This document shows positions 25,401 to 32,000 of a DNA stretch of 32,000 nucleotides, one piece after another. Under the pieces are notes generated by a model that saw only the letters and a program-made list of their open reading frames with translations, did not search any database and was not told the DNA's origin. Positions within the stretch are counted from its first letter, which is position 1. Every line of letters starts with the position of its first letter. Source of the stretch: Candidatus Jordarchaeales archaeon (lineage in GTDB: Archaea; Asgardarchaeota; Jordiarchaeia; Jordiarchaeales; Freyrarchaeaceae); NCBI GenBank assembly GCA_038889235.1, contig JAWAHN010000001.1:180001-212000 (forward strand), in the 5' to 3' direction. The position numbers and the translations under genes are program-made.

Positions 25401-27908
25401 TTGGAAGGCTATGCTGTCACTGAACCTGGCGGACACGTCATCTTTGAGTCTAGCCAGCTCGGAGGATACTGCTTCAGAGAAGGACTTCAAGCTCACATCA
25501 AGCTTTTTCCTTCTCTCGTCGAGCACCTTTGAAAGACCCGACACGAGGCGGTCCAAAAAGTCTTCAACTAGTTTAGCTGTCTCTCTGCCTTCTTTCTCAA
25601 ACGCGGATGAGAGCTCTTCTTCCGCCTTCTTGCAACTTTCAGCAAGTAGGGATGTGGATTCCTTCACATGGCGTGACGTGGAGCTCAGGGAGGAGGAAAC
25701 CTCTTTGGCCACAGCGTCTATTTTGCCTTTCGCATCCCCCGCGAACCTGCCAGCCAGTTCCCCGAACTCTTTTGCAGTCGATTCCACTTCTTTCAGCGTG
25801 TCTTCCTTCGCTTTTCTGACTTTTTCCAGTGTGCCCTTTACAGCGTCCTCGGCTTCTGTTTCAGCCTCATTGGCTGCACTCAACACCACCTTCAAGTATT
25901 CTTCAAGTGCGCTCAACAAGTTCTTTTCGAGCTTTTCAAGGTCAGACTTAACCGACGATGATACGGATTCGGAATAGCTCTTCAGTGATTCGGTTATGGA
26001 AGCGATTAATGCCATCGATGATGACGCAATGTTTTCCGCAGCTGCGGATGCTTCTTTTGATACAGCTTCAATGAGCGCTGCGCAGTTTTCCCCAGCATCG
26101 TTGATAGCCTTCGACGCCAACGCCGCCACACTTTCGAGAACGTTTTTTAACCTACTTTGGAAGGAAGACGACAACCTTTTTACTTCAGACAGGAACTTCT
26201 CCCTAATGGATGAGGCAAGCTTCTCATACTCGCCTAAAGTCGATTCAATAGATGAGACTTCTTCTAGAAGGGAGCTGGAAGAGGCTGAAAAGGAGTTCTG
26301 GAGCCCGGATAGTGAGGTTGAGGCTTTGTCTGCCAGCTCTGCGGCTTTTCCCCTGAGTGACGCAATCTCTTCCGATGCCGAACTGGTAAAAGAGCCACCC
26401 CCCTCTCTGATGGAGGCTACCAGTGACTCTAATTGTTTTTCCGCGCTGCTTCGGAAGCCGCTCAGTGCGCCCCTAACTGTTAGGGAGACAGACGAGAGAG
26501 CGTCTTTGACCAGTTCTTCGGCTAATTTGAGGGCTGACTCTACGTCCGCTTCTGCTCCTGCAACCATGCTTGATATGGTAGAGTTGCACTCACGAAGCAC
26601 CGAACCCGTGGACTTGGCAGCTTCTTCAAGCGACCCCTGCAACGAATTCGCAGCTTCCTGAACTATGCTTACTGCGTTGTCTATTGATGAAGTAGCTTTT
26701 TCAGCCTCGCTCTTCAACGCGCCGCGCAACTCTGTAAGCCTTCCCGAGGCGCTCTCAGCAACATCTGTCAGAGCGCGTGAAAGCTCGGAGCTCACAGACC
26801 TTAACGACGACGCCATGGACTCGACTTGCTCTTGTACTAGGACCTTGAGCCCTTCAGTCTCTCTTATCAGGGACGCGTATGCCTCATTCACTGTTTCAAC
26901 CATCTCATCTGCCGTTGAGAGTATGCTCTCCCTAGCGTCCTCTGATGCCCCTTGACATAACTCTGAAAGACGCGTCGAGAGACGGCCTTTTATTTCTGAG
27001 AGCCGGTTTATGGGTGCCGCCAGCGACTTAGCTAGCTTAGCTGACGTTTCCTCAAGTTCGGACTCAATTTTTCTCAGGGCTTCATCTGATATGCTTGATA
27101 GGCTTCCCTTAAGCGTCTCAGCAAACCTTTCTATTCTAGCTATGGATGCTTCAAGTTCGGGTGAAACTCTTACAAGAAGGTCTCTCGATCTTTCCTCCAT
27201 GCTTCGCAGTGCAGAGTTGACGGATTCTTCTACTCGTTCCCTAAACTTTGAGACCGATGAGCGCGTTTCTTCCATAAAATCTGACAAAAGCTTTTCAATT
27301 GAGTCCTTCAACGCAAGGAGGGATGATGTAAAATCTTCTACGGCTGCTGTGACACTCTCCACTACTTTGCTGGCTGCCAAGAGAGAGTGCTCCTCGTGCG
27401 TTTTCACCGCTTTATCTATGGCTTCATTTATGCTTCGTGCTTCACCTAGAATCTTCACCCTTGGCTCCTCTACGAAAGCCCTGATTTTGCCCACGGTTTT
27501 CTCTTGCACCGAGCTGAGCTTCTTCTCAAGTAGTTCAAGGCTTGCCTCGACGGTCGAGCGGAAGCGGGCGGAGTGCTCCTCCGCCTTCTTGAGTATTTCC
27601 TCGGCGGTCTTAGTGCTCTCGCGTAGAAGACCCTCTTTTAACTCTAAGAGGGATTTCTTCAGCTCATCCACAGTTTTACCGGTGAGGGTTATTCGCGGCG
27701 TTAGGGCAATGTACTGGTCGACTTTTCCGGCTATCTTTTTCACGAGGCCGGCTAACTGGAGGGCGGCGAGCTCCCTTTCAACTTCCTCCAGTGGAAGTCC
27801 TGTGTAGACGGATAGCTCGGCTGCCGTCTTAGCCCCGAACCCTACACATGCCGCGTAAATCTTCATTCTCGCTCCTTCGAGCCCGACCTCTTTTAAAACC
27901 TCCTCCAA
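22488..27908 (-). CDS. Giant protein (1806 aa): TrmB-like wHTH, about 1600 aa of Ser/Ala-rich helical repeats, TrmB/PLD-like C-terminal domain
   Basis: N-terminus LKEVGL....KIY......KTAAELSVYTGL....V...L..L...GLV. C-terminus TKSTITMVVP...VQIRHY...LYIINRDNEEMAL (degenerate PLD-like fold). TTG start after GGGTGA. Confidence 0.85.
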   Translation of the reverse strand: MEEVLKEVGLEGARMKIYAACVGFGAKTAAELSVYTGLPLEEVERELAALQLAGLVKKIAGKVDQYIALTPRITLTGKTVDELKKSLLELKEGLLRESTKTAEEILKKAEEHSARFRSTVEASLELLEKKLSSVQEKTVGKIRAFVEEPRVKILGEARSINEAIDKAVKTHEEHSLLAASKVVESVTAAVEDFTSSLLALKDSIEKLLSDFMEETRSSVSKFRERVEESVNSALRSMEERSRDLLVRVSPELEASIARIERFAETLKGSLSSISDEALRKIESELEETSAKLAKSLAAPINRLSEIKGRLSTRLSELCQGASEDARESILSTADEMVETVNEAYASLIRETEGLKVLVQEQVESMASSLRSVSSELSRALTDVAESASGRLTELRGALKSEAEKATSSIDNAVSIVQEAANSLQGSLEEAAKSTGSVLRECNSTISSMVAGAEADVESALKLAEELVKDALSSVSLTVRGALSGFRSSAEKQLESLVASIREGGGSFTSSASEEIASLRGKAAELADKASTSLSGLQNSFSASSSSLLEEVSSIESTLGEYEKLASSIREKFLSEVKRLSSSFQSRLKNVLESVAALASKAINDAGENCAALIEAVSKEASAAAENIASSSMALIASITESLKSYSESVSSSVKSDLEKLEKNLLSALEEYLKVVLSAANEAETEAEDAVKGTLEKVRKAKEDTLKEVESTAKEFGELAGRFAGDAKGKIDAVAKEVSSSLSSTSRHVKESTSLLAESCKKAEEELSSAFEKEGRETAKLVEDFLDRLVSGLSKVLDERRKKLDVSLKSFSEAVSSELARLKDDVSARFSDSIAFQRSSLASVGEKARAVVSKVLDVIKTIEEVAEGKKKLGKDELLSLLSTLKGQRDAVLSLRSELEDAIEDQRKRVESIASSLIDEVDKVITYLGERIEKGTLSLLASIESEDESTKQRISSLSAETLSQVGEALGKTVEKARASITNMGSNIRREVESYAEKVAETLSSASSSFEKACLQVNATVDSLSSTIVDNYNRMTGNIGVAMEGALSLVSGAASSLNESFRALTSKLRDATSMYNTLTSKQLGDLRSRVDALFNDFKERFNAISSHEAEKAITSINSAKSAMLALLEKAAAEASSVRESTARSSTKISSKIAEAEKEVAAHSSTMEAEAEEAWLQLGKSYTESLSTLRGLLSSTRNVVDSFTSQVNEAAEKGKAALMQVNVLVGELSSSLEKKVAELAASLSSKTSAAADRLLSELSSMLEEASSQAESKLSSTASSIKENLESSRLKAAKSLTSARESVARSLSNAEENVKGLFQSMSARTRELANSWVEQAGKVKESMSSKVDELKKAVDEATSSLRETSASVNQLIGKVDSELGESVAKLKEAIASLGSNLPKAAEKETEKIRSKLSEVAVDVASRTSKELNKFASSLEEEVSFSVKEISMIRDELERRLTDELKEGLSKLTGFVAEFREEAGRLLGEGVASLEEVKGKVLKGLEEVAATVSRDLASYTGKVKYDLLSTIDSYAAEIRDVIEVKVRGLSSIVEKPSSVLKDKLADFQRSLHASLEKRHATLKTSLFQSLQSVRQHVEAVSKELDATASEAEQRISKILGESLEEWRGSVSAAESSVNELLSSSARSSSSLVKESGARIAEFVDKGLNLVSRSLETISAVARLAEEIEPQPFEDTGRIAGKPHMDLLIKALLLNTKSTITMVVPSIDDVPLDTVKQLTRQRAIIVTDVKGVPPAGLPPNVQIRHYPTNLYIINRDNEEMALAVAAPQPVGIYTTNMELIKALNVVLQDVTAKARKL

Positions 27909-27915
27909 ACATTCT

Positions 27916-30219
27916 TCACCCCTTTGAGAGCTCCTTGCTTACGGCTTCAAGCGCCTTGTAAGCATCCTCTACAACCTTTAGAAGGGAGGAGATCTTCTTC
28001 GAAATGTTGCCTCCAGCTTTCTTCACCTCAGATTCGTTCTTTTCGAGGAACTCCTGGAACTCCTTTAGGGACGACTCCACCTTGGAAAGGGCTTCTCCTA
28101 TCTGGGAGGCTATGTTTGACAGAGTGCTTGAAAGTTCCTCTCTCCCGGACTCTGCAACTTTCTCAATCTGTTTCGATGCACCTTCATTTATGCTTCCAGC
28201 TTGTGCGTCTATTTTGCCGTGGTGCTCTTCGAGGACACGCTTCACCGACGAGGTGAACGATGAATACGCGGAATCCACAGAAGTTATGGCGCTGCTGAAT
28301 GAGGCCTCAACAGAGGCCGCGTTCGACTCAACCTCCTCTCTAAGTCTCGAAATGCCGTCTGATACCTCACCTTTCAGTTTTCCGGAGAGGTTTAGCAGAG
28401 CCTCTTCCACGTCTGATTGCGCTGACTCTACGGTTGAGGCTACCGAGGAGTCTAGTTCCAAGAGAGCGCGGCTGGAGACGCCTTTCAGTCGTTCACCCAA
28501 TTTCGCTATAGCTTCCACTAGAGCTGCACCCTGACCATCAACTTCTCCAATCAGAGTTTTTAGCTGGAACTCCGAAGCTCTCTTGGCTTCCTCGAAGTCA
28601 GCTTGTACAGCCTTTTGCCTCTCCTCTATTCTATACGCTGTTTCCTGTGAGATGTCGTCGACGCGTTTCTTAACGCTCTCAACCAAGCTTTTGAGGCTTG
28701 CCTCAGCACTTTCCTTAAATTTGTCTGTTCTCTTCGACGCTTCTTCCGCCATCTTGAATGCCAAAGAGGAAGTTTCTGTACTGAATGAGCTGCTCAGCTC
28801 TCTACCTGATTTGAGGAGGGCTTCAGCCAATTCGTGCATGCTGTTCTTGAAAGACTCCAGTTCGCTCCTCATCTTTTCTCTGCTCTCTCTCAAGCGCTCT
28901 TCGAACCCCTTGCTCACCTCTAGAACCCTCTCGTAAAATAGGTTGATCGACTCGTCCACTACGTTTGTGAACCCTTCCTCGTATTGTTGGAAGAGCGCTT
29001 GGATGAAGTTGAGTTCACTTGAAAGCGTCTCGTCGATGCTCTTGTTTATGGCTTCCACGGTCAACGTGAACTGGTTCACTAGGCTTGAAAGCTGCCCGCT
29101 CACCTTGTCCTGCAACGATTTCACCACGCCCTCCAGGTGTTCTAGGTAGTCTACTAGCCCGGACCCTAGATCAGACGTGAACGATGAGACCTTGCTGAAG
29201 AAAGCCTCCTTCTCCGCTTCTACAACCTGGTTCAGCTTTTCCTTCGCCTCGGCGCTCGCCGCCTCTATGGAGCTCACGGTTTCCGCAGCCACCGCATCTA
29301 TCTTTTCCTTGAACTCAGCTGTTAAGCGTTCAAGCCGGTTTACTAGGGTGGATGAAACTGTTGAAGCCTTGTCTCTGATTTCAGATGACATCGTTGAGAC
29401 CTGGGACTTGTATGCTTCAACCTCGCCACTAAGAGCCTCAGCTATCCTGCCAGCGCTTTCTTCAACCTCGCTTTTAAGTGACACTGCTGTGCTGTTCACC
29501 AGTTCCTTCGTGTCGTTCAGCGTGGAGACGAGATCTGCTGATGAGGACTCAAGCAGGCTTATATTGGACTTGAACGATGAGTCGATTCTTTCTTTCAACG
29601 AACCAACGTGCCGCTCAATGGAGGACTGTGATGAGGAGACAACCTCATCTATTTCGGACTGCAAGAGTAACGATGTCTCCCTTAACTTGGAGGACGACTC
29701 TTTCTTGAGGCTTTCCATAGTGGAGGTCAGGGTTGAAGAAGCGCTCTTGATGGTTTCCTCCACTATTTCCACGTGGTTTTCAAGCCACCTTCCAGCTGAT
29801 GACGAGACTTCGCGCAAAACATCGGCGACGCGCTCCCCGCTCTCCATAAGGGATGACTTTAAGGTCCCCTCTTCGCCGCCTACGGCTGAAAGAATGCTGT
29901 TCACGACGTCTTCTACGCTTTTCTTGAGCTCCTCAGCTTCCTCCGACACCAAAGCTCCAACTTTTTCAGCCATAGAGTCTATCCAGGACGATATATTGTT
30001 TTGAAGTTCCTGGACGACTGAGGAGAAGCTGCCTTTGAGCTCTTTCCCTAATGTTGCAGTGTCCTTCGAGGCTTTCTTAAGCTGGTTGACCATTGAAGAG
30101 AAGGCTTCAACAACGCTGGAAAACGATGCTTCAACCTCTTTTTGAAGAGAGGCAAGACTGCTCCTAGCCTCACCTATCTCGCCTAGGCGGGCGTCAATCT
30201 TCTGCCTTAATTTTTCCAC
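27916..30219 (-). CDS. All-helical amphipathic repeat protein (767 aa), apolipoprotein-like periodicity
   Basis: Long ORF rich in Ser, Glu and Ala with almost no Pro and an 11/22-residue hydrophobic periodicity. GGAGG RBS; 5-7 nt gaps to both neighbours. Confidence 0.85.
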   Translation of the reverse strand: MEKLRQKIDARLGEIGEARSSLASLQKEVEASFSSVVEAFSSMVNQLKKASKDTATLGKELKGSFSSVVQELQNNISSWIDSMAEKVGALVSEEAEELKKSVEDVVNSILSAVGGEEGTLKSSLMESGERVADVLREVSSSAGRWLENHVEIVEETIKSASSTLTSTMESLKKESSSKLRETSLLLQSEIDEVVSSSQSSIERHVGSLKERIDSSFKSNISLLESSSADLVSTLNDTKELVNSTAVSLKSEVEESAGRIAEALSGEVEAYKSQVSTMSSEIRDKASTVSSTLVNRLERLTAEFKEKIDAVAAETVSSIEAASAEAKEKLNQVVEAEKEAFFSKVSSFTSDLGSGLVDYLEHLEGVVKSLQDKVSGQLSSLVNQFTLTVEAINKSIDETLSSELNFIQALFQQYEEGFTNVVDESINLFYERVLEVSKGFEERLRESREKMRSELESFKNSMHELAEALLKSGRELSSSFSTETSSLAFKMAEEASKRTDKFKESAEASLKSLVESVKKRVDDISQETAYRIEERQKAVQADFEEAKRASEFQLKTLIGEVDGQGAALVEAIAKLGERLKGVSSRALLELDSSVASTVESAQSDVEEALLNLSGKLKGEVSDGISRLREEVESNAASVEASFSSAITSVDSAYSSFTSSVKRVLEEHHGKIDAQAGSINEGASKQIEKVAESGREELSSTLSNIASQIGEALSKVESSLKEFQEFLEKNESEVKKAGGNISKKISSLLKVVEDAYKALEAVSKELSKG

Positions 30220-30224
30220 TTCAA

Positions 30225-31943
30225 TCAGCCTCCAATCTTTTCTTTAATAAGTCTGAAGTCCCTCTCTAGCGCTTTATTCCCTCTAAAAGATTTCAGGGCT
30301 TTCTCGCACAGAGAGAGGGCATGGGCGGAGTCTCCAGCTTTGATGAGGTACTCGGCCGCCCTCCTGTAAAATACCCTTGAAAGCATCAAGGAACCCGCCT
30401 TGAAGTACTCGTCTCCGGCATCCTCAAACATCCTAGCTGCAGACCTAGCAGACGACTTTGCCCGCCACTCGACGCCAGACTTTTCGTAGAGCTCTGAGGC
30501 TTGAGCCAACATCACCCTTGCGTAGTGCAACTTTCCAGCGTCAAAGAAGAGCCTCGAAGCCGCGTCTAGAACCATTCCCGCTCTTTCGTAGTCACCCAGC
30601 CTTCTGTGGAGGTCTGCCGCAATGTTAAAGAGGACGCATGCGTCGTAGAATAGTCTTTTTTCAAGTGCCTCCTTAGCGGCGTCTTCAACACTGCTAGCGA
30701 GCTCGACGACTAGGGATTGAAGTTTTCTCGCCGCGAGTATTGTGGCGGAATCTTTAAACCAGTTGACGATCGTCTCGTTTACGGGCATCCCACTCTCGAC
30801 TGTTTTAAGGATCAATTTTAGAAGAATGCTCGCCTTGCCATAAATCTGGTCGACATTGACAGATAGCCGCAGGTCGTGGAAGAGGGCGTCGGAGACCAGA
30901 AGTATAAACGAGTCCTCGACCTCCACCAACCCCTTTTCCTTCAGTGACGCTATGGTGCTCTCGAAAATGTCGCCAAGCGACTGTTTGATGGCGTCGAGGG
31001 GGGCGAAATTGTATTCTCCCGAGATTATACGGTCTATTACGAAGGTCTCATCCCCCGAAATTTGAAAGATGCCGCCCAGCGGGTTTTCCTTTAAAAGCTC
31101 GCTTGCCTTTCTGAGTGACTCATATGTGACCCCGCGTTCACCCGAAACTGCGAGTGAGGAGTAGAGGAGTAAGCAGAGCTTGTATGGAATCCCGCCAGAG
31201 TCCTTTATCATTTCATCTACAACTTTCTCTTCTACCTTGAAACCGAGCTTCCCTGATAATTTTTGGATCAGAACACGCATGTCAGATATCGGCATGGGTC
31301 CAAGCTCGACCACGTGGAAAAGGTTACTAGCACCCCCCACTATTTCCCCCACGAAATCTCTCTCGGCGGCTACAACAAAAAACGCGGGAAAACCGCTTTC
31401 CGCGAAAACTGAAAGAACTCTCCGGAATAAAGGGTAAGCCGAGTTGTATCCAAGCCAGGCGAAGCGCTCAAAAGAGTCACAGAAAAAGAAGACAGGCCTC
31501 GTGATGGCTTCTTTCACCTTGTCCATGTCCTCCATGAAGCGCCCAATGAACAACTCCTCAAATGCGGAGTCAACTTCCTTGGGTAGGGGGGGAGGAGCGG
31601 CAAATGGCTTCTCCCCTATGAGCTTCTTGCGAGCTCCAGGAGCTAGGGAATCTAAGCGCTTCTTAACTTCTTCAAAGAAGGTTCGTGCCCTAGAGAAGGA
31701 GACTGTAAGAGGTATCGTTGTGACGCCTTCAACACTTGCAATATCCCTAAACTTGTTGAGGAGAGATGACTTGCCTATCCCGGGGATGCCCGAAACTAAA
31801 ACGGCTCTCCTAGTCTCAGAGCCAGACTTAACATCCAGTATGAATCGCTGGAAGAAGCGCACTTCATCTGACCTTCCAGTAAAAGTATCGCTCGCTGCAG
31901 GTGACAGTAAGGGCCTAAGCAACAATCCACCCCCAACCCACAT
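30225..31943 (-). CDS. STAND-like/archaeal P-loop ATPase with a wHTH-like segment and C-terminal TPR/SNAP-like repeats (572 aa)
   Basis: FTGRSDEV, Walker A SGIPGIGKS, Walker B FFFCDSFE, SGGIPY (GxP motif). C-terminal repeats such as AADLHRRLGDYERAG, ASELYEKSG and AAEYLIKAGD. Confidence 0.82.
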   Translation of the reverse strand: MWVGGGLLLRPLLSPAASDTFTGRSDEVRFFQRFILDVKSGSETRRAVLVSGIPGIGKSSLLNKFRDIASVEGVTTIPLTVSFSRARTFFEEVKKRLDSLAPGARKKLIGEKPFAAPPPLPKEVDSAFEELFIGRFMEDMDKVKEAITRPVFFFCDSFERFAWLGYNSAYPLFRRVLSVFAESGFPAFFVVAAERDFVGEIVGGASNLFHVVELGPMPISDMRVLIQKLSGKLGFKVEEKVVDEMIKDSGGIPYKLCLLLYSSLAVSGERGVTYESLRKASELLKENPLGGIFQISGDETFVIDRIISGEYNFAPLDAIKQSLGDIFESTIASLKEKGLVEVEDSFILLVSDALFHDLRLSVNVDQIYGKASILLKLILKTVESGMPVNETIVNWFKDSATILAARKLQSLVVELASSVEDAAKEALEKRLFYDACVLFNIAADLHRRLGDYERAGMVLDAASRLFFDAGKLHYARVMLAQASELYEKSGVEWRAKSSARSAARMFEDAGDEYFKAGSLMLSRVFYRRAAEYLIKAGDSAHALSLCEKALKSFRGNKALERDFRLIKEKIGG

Positions 31944-32000
31944 ACACTACTAATTAGTGGACGAAACAAAAATAACTTTTTCAGAGCCTGAGGAAGACGC

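Noticed and set aside
18685-30004. Many long antisense ORFs (up to 340 aa) opposite smc and the helical-rod genes
   Set aside because: Ser/Leu/Phe-rich mirror products of biased Glu/Lys/Ala/Ser codons on the coding strand, with no motifs of their own.
1-32000. CRISPR array, rRNA, tRNA, transposase/integrase, in-frame TGA selenoprotein
   Set aside because: No regularly spaced repeats, structural RNA signatures, recombinase motifs or TGA-split conserved genes were seen.

Overview
Archaeal genomic DNA, probably from a thermophile. Strong GGAGG/GGTGA ribosome-binding sites, a single-OB SSB, an AF_0795-type KaiC protein and giant TrmB-helical proteins are compatible with an Asgard/TACK-type lineage, but this cannot be proven from the window. 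Positions 1-6.7 kb form an accessory, partly decaying zone. It holds a secreted glycine-zipper protein plus membrane-protein operon, an AT-rich divergent intergenic region with tandem (AT)n palindromes, a multi-TM gene split by about 4 single-base frameshifts, and a P1B-2 (ZntA/CadA-type) ATPase with an in-frame amber codon, divergent from nikR. Positions 7.2-13.9 kb carry a long-chain acyl-CoA ligase, a KaiC-domain ATPase with its HTH partner, a small wHTH protein, SSB, an OYE-family flavin oxidoreductase and a decayed vapBC pair missed by the ORF track. The most striking part is 14.0-22.5 kb, a tightly overlapping six-gene operon: MoxR-type AAA+, HExxH-vWA protein, Walker-less AAA-lid protein, an SMC with Smc5/6-like motifs, a short ScpA-like kleisin and a ScpB-like KITE. 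It converges on a three-gene operon (22.5-31.9 kb): a STAND-like ATPase with TPR/SNAP-like repeats, a 767-aa 11-mer-periodic helical protein and a 1806-aa protein in which TrmB-like N- and C-terminal domains are separated by about 1600 aa of 11-mer helical repeats. No rRNA, tRNA, CRISPR array or transposase was recognised. All family calls come from motif recognition by eye; no database searches were run.
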